Shown here: in pieces, positions 54,711 through 63,136 of the stretch
Position numbering within the stretch: the stretch's first letter is position 1
Layout: each line of letters starts with the position of its first letter
Assembly: GCA_022820545.1 (NCBI GenBank)
Contig: JAJEFG010000023.1
Location: forward strand, 14,761-78,760
DNA length: 64,000 nt
Reading direction: 5' to 3'
Source: Acidobacteriota bacterium
GTDB lineage: Bacteria; Acidobacteriota; Vicinamibacteria; Marinacidobacterales; Marinacidobacteraceae
Translations under genes and position numbers: made by a program
Notes under the pieces: generated by a model
What the model saw: the letters and a program-made list of their open reading frames with translations, nothing else
The model's database searches: none
What the model was told of the DNA's origin: nothing

Positions 54711-55753
54711 AGATCGGTTTCATGATCAACGACGTCAACACCGAGGAGGCGGGCTACACCACCACCCGGCTCGCGATGTACGCCACGAACCGGGGACACG
54801 AGACCTGGCACATCGGGGCTGGTGACTTCGCGTACGGCGTGGACGAAAAAACCCACGCGTACGCCCGCGGGGTGAGCCGACGGCAGTACAAGAGTCTTGA
54901 GGGGTTCCTGGCGGAACTCCAGGGCAAGAAGGCGCGCCGCGAACACATCTCGGTAGACGATCTCGACGTCCTGCTGCTGCGCAGCGATCCGTCCACGGAA
55001 ACGGGCACCCGGTCCTGGGCGGCCACCGCGGGCATCAATTTCGGCCGGATCGCCATGCGGCGCGGAGTGATCGTCCTGAATGATCCGAACGGGCTCGCCA
55101 AGGCCACCGACAAGATGTACTTCCAGCTCTTCCCCGAAGAGGTGCGGCCCCGCACGGTCATCTCCCGCGACCGTGACGACATCAAGCACTTCGTCAAGGA
55201 GGAAGGAGGGACCGCGGTCCTCAAGCCGCTCCAGGGATCGGGCGGCCGCGGCGTCTTCCTGGTGCGCCCCGGCGATCAGTCCAACCTGAACCAGATGATC
55301 GAGTCCATCGTCCGGGACGGCTACGTCATTGCGCAGGAGTACCTGGCGGCGGCGTCCGAAGGGGACACCCGGCTCTTCCTGGTGAACGCCCTGCCCTATC
55401 GCTACAAGGGCAGATACTGCGCGTTCCGCCGGGTCCGGACCGGTGACGACATACGCAGCAACATCCACGCCGGCGGCCGCAAGCGGGGGGCTGAGATTGG
55501 CGCGGAGGCGCTCCGTCTCGCCGAAATCGTCCGCCCCCGGCTGGTCCAGGACGGGATGTTCATGGTCGGGCTGGACATCGTCGGGGACAAGCTGATGGAG
55601 ATCAATGTGTTCAGTCCTGGCGGACTCGGCAGCGCCCAGTCCTTCGAGAAGGTCAACTTCAGCGTGGGCGTCATCGAGGCCCTCGAGCGCAAGGTCGAGT
55701 ACATGAAGTACTACCGCCGCAACTTCGACAACGTGGACATGGCCACGCTGTAG
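54707..55753 (+). CDS. glutathione-synthetase-like ATP-grasp ligase
   Basis: MKIGFMINDVNTEEAGYTTTRLAMYATNRGHE resembles a GshB N-domain. ATP-grasp core is VLKPLQGSGGRGVFLV. Its ATG overlaps the upstream stop (ATGA). Confidence 0.8.
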   Translation: MKIGFMINDVNTEEAGYTTTRLAMYATNRGHETWHIGAGDFAYGVDEKTHAYARGVSRRQYKSLEGFLAELQGKKARREHISVDDLDVLLLRSDPSTETGTRSWAATAGINFGRIAMRRGVIVLNDPNGLAKATDKMYFQLFPEEVRPRTVISRDRDDIKHFVKEEGGTAVLKPLQGSGGRGVFLVRPGDQSNLNQMIESIVRDGYVIAQEYLAAASEGDTRLFLVNALPYRYKGRYCAFRRVRTGDDIRSNIHAGGRKRGAEIGAEALRLAEIVRPRLVQDGMFMVGLDIVGDKLMEINVFSPGGLGSAQSFEKVNFSVGVIEALERKVEYMKYYRRNFDNVDMATL

Positions 55754-55770
55754 CGGCGCCGGCGCGGCGC

Positions 55771-57012
55771 TCAGTCGTCGTCGTGTCCGGAACGCTCCAG
55801 GCGGACGCGCACGACGCGGGCGGTCCCCCGTTCCGCTTCGAGCACCTCGATCCGCGCACCCTCGAACCGGACCTGGTCTCCCACTTTCAAGAGCCGCCCG
55901 AGGCGCGCCGCCAGCAGTCCGGAGATCGTCTCCACGTCGGCGCTGTAGAGCTCGAGGCCCAGTTCCCGGTTGACCCGCTCGATGAGGCAACCGCCCCGGA
56001 TCCGGTAGGCGCCGGAGCCCTCGGAGACGATCTCGGGCGCCTCCGAATCGAACTCGTCCTGGACGTCGCCCACGATCTGCTCGACCACGTTCTCGAGCGT
56101 CACCACCCCGACCACCGAACCGTACTCGTCGTCCACGAGCGCCATGTGCTGGTGGGTCCGCTGCATCTCGCGCATCAGCCGGCTGATGGGGAGGGTCTCG
56201 GGCACGTGCCGGAGCGGCCTGGCGATGGACTTGACCTCGAAGTCGTCGGATGGCGCCACGCCCAGCAGGTCCTTGATGTGCACGAGGCTCACCGCATCGT
56301 CGAGCGAACCCGTCGAGAGCGGAAGGCGGGTGTGCCCCGTTTCCTTCGCCATGGCAAGGCACTTCGCGAGATCCCACGAGGCGTCCAGGAACGCCACTTC
56401 CCGGCGGGGCACCATCACCTGGCGCACCGACATGTCGTCGAAGTGGAACGCCGCGTTCAGGAGCTGCTGCTCGGTGGCCGACAGCTCGCCCGCCTTCCGG
56501 CCGAGCCGGATGTTGGCCTGGATCTCGTCCTCGGTGATCACCGGAGTACCGTGGCTCCCGGTGAAGAAGTTGGCGAAAGCCTGGGTCACCTTGATGACGG
56601 GCTTGAAGGCGCGCTGCATTCCAGCCAGCGGCCAGACAATGAAGCGCCACAGGCTTCCCCAGTGCGTCGCCCCGAAGGTCTTGGGCAGGATCTCACCCAC
56701 GAACAGGATGGCCACGGTGAGCACCACGGACACGGCCGGCACCCGGCTGGCCCCCAGAACGCTCGTGGCGTACATCCCGCAGACCGTGGCCCCCGCGGTG
56801 TTGGCGACGGTGTTGAGCACCAGGATCGCCGAGGTCGGCTGAGCGATGTTCGTCTTCATCGCGATGAAGCGCTCGGCGAGCCGGGCGTGCCGGCCCTCGG
56901 ACTTGGCGGCTTCCAGGGTGCTCAGCCGGGTCGAATAGAGCGTCGCCTCGAAGAGCGAGCAGATGCTCGATATGAACACGGTGAGCACCGCCACCAGAAT
57001 CAGCCCCAACAT
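55771..57012 (-). CDS. CNNM/HlyC/CorC-family transporter (DUF21-CBS-CorC_HlyC)
   Basis: N-terminal DUF21 TM region, a CBS pair, and a C-terminal transporter-associated domain (YRIRGGCLIERVNRELGL). Confidence 0.9.
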   Translation of the reverse strand: MLGLILVAVLTVFISSICSLFEATLYSTRLSTLEAAKSEGRHARLAERFIAMKTNIAQPTSAILVLNTVANTAGATVCGMYATSVLGASRVPAVSVVLTVAILFVGEILPKTFGATHWGSLWRFIVWPLAGMQRAFKPVIKVTQAFANFFTGSHGTPVITEDEIQANIRLGRKAGELSATEQQLLNAAFHFDDMSVRQVMVPRREVAFLDASWDLAKCLAMAKETGHTRLPLSTGSLDDAVSLVHIKDLLGVAPSDDFEVKSIARPLRHVPETLPISRLMREMQRTHQHMALVDDEYGSVVGVVTLENVVEQIVGDVQDEFDSEAPEIVSEGSGAYRIRGGCLIERVNRELGLELYSADVETISGLLAARLGRLLKVGDQVRFEGARIEVLEAERGTARVVRVRLERSGHDDD

Positions 57013-57045
57013 GAGTGAACTCCCCGGATCTCCGGCGAGCCGCGC

Positions 57046-58350
57046 TCAGAGGAGATCCGCAAAGATGGTCGCCAGCCCGAGAAAACTCAGGAATCCGACG
57101 ACGTCCGTAACGGTGGTCAGGAGGATGGAGGACGCCTGCGCCGGGTCCTTCCCCACGACGGTCAGGAACACCGGGATCACGGCGCCCGCGACGCCCGCGA
57201 TCGCCATGGCGGCGACCATGGCCACCCCGATGACCAGCGCCAGACCGAAGGACCGGCTCCAGGCGTAGACGCTGACACTGCAAACCGCGCCCACCCCGAA
57301 GCCGTTGATCGCTCCGGCGAAGAGCTCCTTGACCGCCACCTTGAACACCGACCGCGAAGTGATCTCCTGCACGGCCAGCCCTCGCAGCACGACGGCGAGC
57401 GCCTGGCTTCCGGTGTTGCCCGACTGGCCGGCCACCACGGGCAGCAGGACCGCCAGCGCGGTGAACTTCGAGATCGTCTCCTCGAAGATCCCGACCACGG
57501 CGGCGGCCACGAAGGCGGTGACGAGGTTGATCTGAAGCCAGGGGAGCCGCTTCTTCACCGCGAACCCGACGCTCGACAGCGCGCGCTCCTCCGCGCTGGC
57601 CCCGGTCATGCTGACCAGATCGGAACTGAGTTCCTGGCTGACCTCCTGCATGAGCTCGTTCAGCCGCAACACCCCGATCGGAGCGCCGTCCACGCTCACC
57701 ACCGGGACGCTCGTCACCCGCCCGCTCTGCATGATCTCGACCACCTGGGAGCGGGGAGCGAATGGCGAAACGGTGATCGGGGCGGACGTGATCACCGAAT
57801 CAAGAGTCGCTTCCGGGTCCGCGAGCGCAGCCCGATGGAGCGAAACCACCCCGGACAACCGACCCTCGTCATCCACGGCAAAGACGTTGAAGACGGTCCG
57901 ATCGGAGTCGTCGGTCCGCAACCGCGCGAGCACCGCGCCGACCTTGGCGCTGTGACGGAATGCGGCGATTCTGGGATCCATGAGGCTGCCGGCGGTGGCC
58001 TCCGGGAACGCCAGGAGCTTCGACAGTTCCGCGGCGTCCCTGGCCGGCAGGCAAGCCAACAGCTCCTGCCGGGCCGCCGGTTCGAATCCCCGGAGGAGTA
58101 CGCCGGCAAGGGACGGGGGCAGGCGCACGACCAGGTTGGCGGCCGCAGCGAGGTCCGACGACTTCAGAATCCCCAACGCCCTTGCGGTGCTGAGCGCCCG
58201 GAACGCCTTGAGAAACGTCTCGGGCTTCATCGCCGCCAGCAGTTCGGCGGCCTCGCCGTCGGAAACCGATTCCAGGTGGTCCGAGCTCTCGCTGGGATGC
58301 CTCTCGACGAAGTCGTGAGCCAGCCGGCTCGCGGCGGCAAGATCAGCCAA
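57046..58350 (-). CDS. mgtE: magnesium transporter MgtE
   Basis: MgtE N-domain, CBS pair and a five-TM C-terminal domain with PVVAGQSGNTGSQAL and DPAQASSILLTTVTDVVGF. Trimmed from the 666-aa track ORF to TTG 58350, which overlaps the upstream stop (TTGGCTGA). Confidence 0.85.
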   Translation of the reverse strand: MADLAAASRLAHDFVERHPSESSDHLESVSDGEAAELLAAMKPETFLKAFRALSTARALGILKSSDLAAAANLVVRLPPSLAGVLLRGFEPAARQELLACLPARDAAELSKLLAFPEATAGSLMDPRIAAFRHSAKVGAVLARLRTDDSDRTVFNVFAVDDEGRLSGVVSLHRAALADPEATLDSVITSAPITVSPFAPRSQVVEIMQSGRVTSVPVVSVDGAPIGVLRLNELMQEVSQELSSDLVSMTGASAEERALSSVGFAVKKRLPWLQINLVTAFVAAAVVGIFEETISKFTALAVLLPVVAGQSGNTGSQALAVVLRGLAVQEITSRSVFKVAVKELFAGAINGFGVGAVCSVSVYAWSRSFGLALVIGVAMVAAMAIAGVAGAVIPVFLTVVGKDPAQASSILLTTVTDVVGFLSFLGLATIFADLL

Positions 58351-59176
58351 GACGACGCTCGGTGTCCGCTGGCCGCGCGCCCACCGCCATTCCGGACACC
58401 ACCCCGGCGAGGCCGAGCCAGCAGAGCTCGGAGAAGGCAGCCACCAACTCGGTGACCGGACGTGCGCGATCGTGCCCGGCAACCCGGCGAAGCGTCTCCG
58501 GGTCGAGGACTCCCACCAGGGCTCCCGTGCGATCCACGACCGGCGTGGGCGTTCCGTCCAACCGCCGGTCGTCGGCCAGGGTCGCGAGCGGTGTTCTTGC
58601 CGCAATGGTCGGAACCGCTCGCAGCTCGAGCGAGCCAACCGCCGTGCCTCGCGGCGCCCAGCAAAGCGACACCGTTCTGAGGGCCCCCCGCACCCGCCGG
58701 GAACGGTCAAGCACCAGCACCCGTTCGGGGACGATCTGTTCGTGGGCGCCAAGGAAATCGATGGCGCGTTCCACTGTTTGATCCTCGAACAGGGTGAGAA
58801 CGTCCGACGACGCCGAGGCGCCGGCGGAGTTCTGCGGGTACCCGAGCGCGTCACGGATCGGTGTCGCGACGGCCGGACCCAGGGTGTCGAGGCACTCCTC
58901 CCGGATGGCGCCCGGGCAGTGGCGGAGGAGAGCAGCCGCGGTGGGCGGGGAGAGCTCCCCAACCACGGCGGGCCACGTCTCGGGGGACAACTGGACGAGA
59001 CAGTCGGCGGCGAAGCGCGAGGTGAACAGCGAGAGCACCCGTGCAACGACTTCGGGCGGGGCGTGCCGAAGCAGGGCCGCGGCCTCTCCGCGGGAGCAGT
59101 GCTCGAGGACCCGCGCCGCCTCCTCGGGCCGCCGCTCCAGGTGAACGAGGGCCAGGTTCCGAATCGCCGTCGCCAT
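58343..59176 (-). CDS. stand-alone MgtE-N plus CBS-pair cytosolic domain protein (no TM domain)
   Basis: LERRPEEAARVLEHCSRGEAAALLRHAPPEVVARVL is an MgtE N-domain repeat. It is followed by a CBS-like pair, and the protein ends without membrane helices. Confidence 0.7.
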   Translation of the reverse strand: MATAIRNLALVHLERRPEEAARVLEHCSRGEAAALLRHAPPEVVARVLSLFTSRFAADCLVQLSPETWPAVVGELSPPTAAALLRHCPGAIREECLDTLGPAVATPIRDALGYPQNSAGASASSDVLTLFEDQTVERAIDFLGAHEQIVPERVLVLDRSRRVRGALRTVSLCWAPRGTAVGSLELRAVPTIAARTPLATLADDRRLDGTPTPVVDRTGALVGVLDPETLRRVAGHDRARPVTELVAAFSELCWLGLAGVVSGMAVGARPADTERRLG

Positions 59177-60001
59177 TCAGTCCCTGCGTCCGATCACCAC
59201 GCACCCTTCGTCGCAGAAGACGCGAGCCGGTATGTGGACGGCGTTCCCGTCGGATTCGATCACGACCGACGTCGCGTTCATGCGCGACACCGTGCCCTCG
59301 ATCTCGCCGATGCGGACGACATCGCCGACCTGGAAGGCGCGGGAGGCGTAGTGGGACGCCAGGATGTTGGTCACGATGGGACCGGCGCCCACACCGAACG
59401 ACAGCGCGACCGCGCCGAGCGCCGCGCCGAGAACGACGAGCGCCAGCGAGGAAACGAACCCGGCGCCCTGGAGACCCACCTGCTGCGCGCTGACGATCAG
59501 GGTGACGGCCAGGATGCCGCCCCAGGCGAGCCGCGCCAGCGCCTGCGCCCGTTCGCCGCCGGCATCTGCGGATGCGGCCAGAATCCAGTTCTGGGCGAGC
59601 CGCGCGGCCACGATTCCAGTGAGGAGCACGGCGAGCGCCAGCACGAAGCTGGGCAGGAAGTGGGCGACCGGCGCCAGCAGGCCGTCGGTGACCGCGAAGG
59701 GGAGCGCCTCGACCGCCGCCGCCAGGAACAGCAGGAGAACCACCCAGTACAGGACCCGCCCGACGATGCCCGGCGCTGAGGCCAGGAGGCCGCCGAGTCG
59801 CGCGGACTCCATCGATCCCACCCGCGATTCCAGGCCCTTGAGAGGCCCGCGGAGGAGGCGCACCGCCACCAGCCGGCAGAGGCTGGCCAAGCCCCATCCC
59901 GCCAGCAGCAGGGCCGCCGGATAGACGAACGCCCACCAGCCTTCCGCGGCTCCCCCGGTGACCGCCTGCCAGAGCCGCGACAAAACGGGAGTCTCCATCA
60001 T
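59177..60001 (-). CDS. small MscS-like / TM-helix protein (274 aa)
   Basis: Same architecture as 48149..48967: LSFGVGAGPIVTNILASHYASRAFQVGDVVRIGEIEGTVSRMNATSVVIES...VHIPARVF. Its stop abuts the next ATG (TGAATG). Confidence 0.7.
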   Translation of the reverse strand: MMETPVLSRLWQAVTGGAAEGWWAFVYPAALLLAGWGLASLCRLVAVRLLRGPLKGLESRVGSMESARLGGLLASAPGIVGRVLYWVVLLLFLAAAVEALPFAVTDGLLAPVAHFLPSFVLALAVLLTGIVAARLAQNWILAASADAGGERAQALARLAWGGILAVTLIVSAQQVGLQGAGFVSSLALVVLGAALGAVALSFGVGAGPIVTNILASHYASRAFQVGDVVRIGEIEGTVSRMNATSVVIESDGNAVHIPARVFCDEGCVVIGRRD

Positions 60002-60104
60002 CGCCCGATGGGCCCGCGGTACGCGCCCGACAACATGAGCCGCATCAGAATAGCACCCGTCCCGCGACGGACGGGCGCTGGCCGAACGTCAATCTGGCTC
60101 ACCA

Positions 60105-61802
60105 TTACCCTCCCAGGGAGTATCGGAACAGCACGCTCTGGCTGAGTTGCGTCTGATCGCTCACCTGGGGCAGCCACAGGAGGTCCACCCGGTAGTCGAG
60201 CGACAGGTCCCCGGTCAGTCGCCAACTGAGCGTGCTGCGCCAATCGATCGTGGGTTCGAATCCCGCGCCGAGGTCGCTGAACAGGTCCAGGGTGGTGGTG
60301 TAGAGGAACACCCGAAAGCGGAATGCTCCGACCAGGGTGGTCTCGACGCCCTCCGAATTGAAGTCCAGCGCCTGGACGTATTCCACTTCCGGGGTCTCCG
60401 GATCGTCATCCAGGAAGAACGCGCCGCCGAAGCGGTTCTGCCGCAGTCCGATTCCCACACGCCAGTCGAGCCGCGCCGCTCGTCCGCGAAGCAGCCGCGC
60501 GTTGACGCCCACCCCCTCGCGAATGACCGGTGGGCTGAACGGATCGCCCGTCCTGAAGGTGGTGTTGGCCGGTACGAACTCGAGCTCCCGCCGTCCGTCC
60601 GCGTACTCGCGCGCCACGGTCAGGGCTTCGGTCGCGAGAGCGTTCGAATCAAACAGACTGGTCCGGAGACTCAGCCGCACGTACGGCCCGAAACGGGGAT
60701 TCAACAACCGCGAATACAGAAGGTCAATCCGCAGCCGGTCGCGGGTCTTGCGCCATGGAATCGCCGGCGATGCCTCCGGCTTGATCCGCTCGAATCCCGC
60801 TTCCAGCTCCAGGACGCTGCTGAAGACGTTGCCCTCCCGCTCGTAGTTGAGGTACGAATCGAAGGCTCCCTCCGCACCGACGGTTGTCTCGTTCTTCTCG
60901 CCCACCACGTTTCGATGCAGGGTGAACGGCGCCGCAAGCCCGATGGCGTACCGGTGAATCCACGCGGATTCGTCGACCGTCTCCCCAAGATCCTCCGCGG
61001 TTACGACTCCGGCGCCTCGAAACTGACCCGTCTCGGGGTTCATGACGAGCCTGAAGTGGACGAGGCCGCCTTCGGGAACAACCACCGTGGCGAAGTCGGT
61101 CCGTACTCGATAGCTCGAGCCCGGCTTCACGATGCGATAGAGACCCGGAGGCATGAGGGTGGTGAGCAGCGGCTCGCCCTGGAGCCGATCCGCGCCAAAA
61201 CCGACCACGTAGGGCTGGAGATCGGAGACCCGGATCAGTTCATAAGCGCCGCGATGCGGGAGGTTGCTCTCGTCCACGACCTCGATGCGAAGTCCCCCCC
61301 ACCGGACCGGGACCAGCGTCGTCGCTCCGGCCGCGACCTGAACGGACAGGGCGGTCATCTGCGGCGTCGGACCGCTGCCGACCAGTACGGTGTAGGCGCC
61401 GGGGTGGAGCACGATCCGTCTTCCGTTCCGCCCGATCGCCACCGGTTCGTCGGCGCGCAGGACGAGGGCCTGTGGCTCGCTGTTCCCGTCCGTCATGGCG
61501 GGAACGAAGATCGCGCCGAAACCCGGTGGCATCGCAGTCTCGTCTTCGGCGAGTTGCGCCGCCGGCTCCGCGGCCAGCCAGTGGAAGAGGGCCTCCGACG
61601 GGGATGGTTGCGCGGCAACGGCGAAGCGCCCCAGGGTCAGCGTCACGACGGCCACGAGCAGGAGGCGCGAGCCATCCCGGCTCACCACCACTGGCCCCGG
61701 CGGGGGGTCGGGCGGATCCATCGAAGCGGGCCGCGCGGACGACCGCTCGCCGGAACCTCGCGGACGGGATTCGGCGGTCGCGGCATCAGCGGTTTCCGCC
61801 AT
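60105..61802 (-). CDS. uncharacterised outer-membrane-like protein, paralog B
   Basis: Aligns by eye along its whole length with 50129..51853, for example FGAIFVPAMTDGNSEPQ, VRWGGLRIEVVDESNLPH, LYRIVKPGSSYRVRTDFA. The N-terminal start is uncertain. Confidence 0.65.
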   Translation of the reverse strand: MAETADAATAESRPRGSGERSSARPASMDPPDPPPGPVVVSRDGSRLLLVAVVTLTLGRFAVAAQPSPSEALFHWLAAEPAAQLAEDETAMPPGFGAIFVPAMTDGNSEPQALVLRADEPVAIGRNGRRIVLHPGAYTVLVGSGPTPQMTALSVQVAAGATTLVPVRWGGLRIEVVDESNLPHRGAYELIRVSDLQPYVVGFGADRLQGEPLLTTLMPPGLYRIVKPGSSYRVRTDFATVVVPEGGLVHFRLVMNPETGQFRGAGVVTAEDLGETVDESAWIHRYAIGLAAPFTLHRNVVGEKNETTVGAEGAFDSYLNYEREGNVFSSVLELEAGFERIKPEASPAIPWRKTRDRLRIDLLYSRLLNPRFGPYVRLSLRTSLFDSNALATEALTVAREYADGRRELEFVPANTTFRTGDPFSPPVIREGVGVNARLLRGRAARLDWRVGIGLRQNRFGGAFFLDDDPETPEVEYVQALDFNSEGVETTLVGAFRFRVFLYTTTLDLFSDLGAGFEPTIDWRSTLSWRLTGDLSLDYRVDLLWLPQVSDQTQLSQSVLFRYSLGG

Positions 61803-61863
61803 CTTGAGACGGTTCGGTCCGGGCTCGGGTCACATCCGGCAGCGGCGCCGGGCCCGGCCGGCC

Positions 61864-62106
61864 CTATGGGATCGCTTTTGCGCCGCGACCGGGCGACGGC
61901 TCCGGATCCACCACCCGGACGCTGCGCGCCCGAAACCCGCCCGCAATCTTGAGCAGCTCGAACTCCACCGCCTGACCCTCGATCAGGAATCCCGGCTCCC
62001 GGTCAGCGAGCGCGCTGCTCGGTACGTGGACATCCGGTCCCTCGAAGCGCTGGATGAACCCCTCCCCGCGCTGGCGGTCGTACCACTTGACGGTTCCTTC
62101 GGCCAT
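61864..62106 (-). CDS. cold-shock domain protein
   Basis: GTVKWYDRQRGEGFIQ (RNP1-like) and DVHVPSS (RNP2-like). Start is set at the second Met; the track start is 62124. Confidence 0.85.
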   Translation of the reverse strand: MAEGTVKWYDRQRGEGFIQRFEGPDVHVPSSALADREPGFLIEGQAVEFELLKIAGGFRARSVRVVDPEPSPGRGAKAIP

Positions 62107-62134
62107 GGTCCCGGATTCTGCCACGGCAGTGGCC

Positions 62135-63136
62135 TCAGACCGCCGATTCGGCCGGCTTCCGCCAATCGGTATGGGGCGCGCGGTTGTGGGCGAACCACTG
62201 CCAGAGGAGCCGTCCGTAGGTGGTGGGACGCGCCCCGATCTCCTCGAAGAAGGGCCGGAGCAGGAAGTGGAGCGCCCGCAGGTTGTAGAACGGCACGCGG
62301 GGAAAGTAGTGGTGCTCGAGGTGATACGCCGACCAGAGGAACGCGACGTCCCAGAACCGCGAGGGCCGGAGCACGCTGCCCCAGAGCGCGGGGTTGCCGG
62401 GTTCGATGTCGTAGTGCTGGCCCAGCCGGTTCACCGTGAACGCCACCGGAAACACCAGGAACACCGGGACGAGGTAGGCCTTGAAGGCCGCGAAGAACCC
62501 GCCGGCGGCGATGAGGACGGCGAGGATGGCCAGGTGGCCGGCCACGGTCAGCCTCCGCTCCCGGGCGATCGCGCGCCGTACTTCGTCCGGATAGCCGGCT
62601 GTCTCGTTCCGCGCCGCCCGGAAGTAGATGGGGATGAGGGCCGGGGTCAGGTAGAGCGCCTTGAACCAGCGCGCGTTGCGTTTCGGCGACAGCCAGTGCC
62701 GCTTCGGATCCGCCTCGGCGTCGCCGAGCTGGGCGTGGTGGTCGAGGTGCCAGCGGGTGAACTGGGTCGCCGAGATTCCGCTCGGGAACGCGTACAGGTG
62801 ACGGAGCACCCGGTAGCCGGGATGTCCGCCGGCTCCGAAGACCAGCTCGTGCACCACCTCGTGCAACATCACGGTGAAGTTGAAGACCGTGAACCCGACG
62901 ACCAGGGAAGCCGGCAGCCAGATCCACCACTCGGAAGCACTCCACGCGATGGCGCCGCCGCCGAAGAGCAGGAGGAATTGCCAGCCCAGCACCAGGAAGT
63001 GCAGCAGGGGGCGCCGCTGATGGAGCCGTCTCAATTCCTCGGCCGGCACCGCGGCGGCCAGCCGGGCGCGCAGGTCACCGGTCTGGTCCGCCCAGTAGGA
63101 GCGTCGCTTGGACTCGGATGACACGGTTTGCCGCAT
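62135..63136 (-). CDS. membrane fatty-acid desaturase
   Basis: Three histidine boxes: HEVVHE, HLDHH and HLEHHYFPRVPFYNL. Confidence 0.9.
   Translation of the reverse strand: MRQTVSSESKRRSYWADQTGDLRARLAAAVPAEELRRLHQRRPLLHFLVLGWQFLLLFGGGAIAWSASEWWIWLPASLVVGFTVFNFTVMLHEVVHELVFGAGGHPGYRVLRHLYAFPSGISATQFTRWHLDHHAQLGDAEADPKRHWLSPKRNARWFKALYLTPALIPIYFRAARNETAGYPDEVRRAIARERRLTVAGHLAILAVLIAAGGFFAAFKAYLVPVFLVFPVAFTVNRLGQHYDIEPGNPALWGSVLRPSRFWDVAFLWSAYHLEHHYFPRVPFYNLRALHFLLRPFFEEIGARPTTYGRLLWQWFAHNRAPHTDWRKPAESAV

Noticed and set aside
58351-59046. N-terminal 232-aa extension of the 666-aa MgtE track ORF
   Set aside because: The extension overlaps the MgtE-N/CBS gene (58343..59176) out of frame and is Arg/Pro-rich. 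MgtE homology begins right after the TTG at 58350, giving a normal 434-aa protein.
60250-60266. tRNA-like T-arm GTGGG-TTCGAAT-CCCGC (a similar GGTTCGAATCC is at 58079..58089)
   Set aside because: No complementary acceptor stem, D-arm or anticodon arm is present at the required spacing. Both sites lie inside well-supported coding regions.
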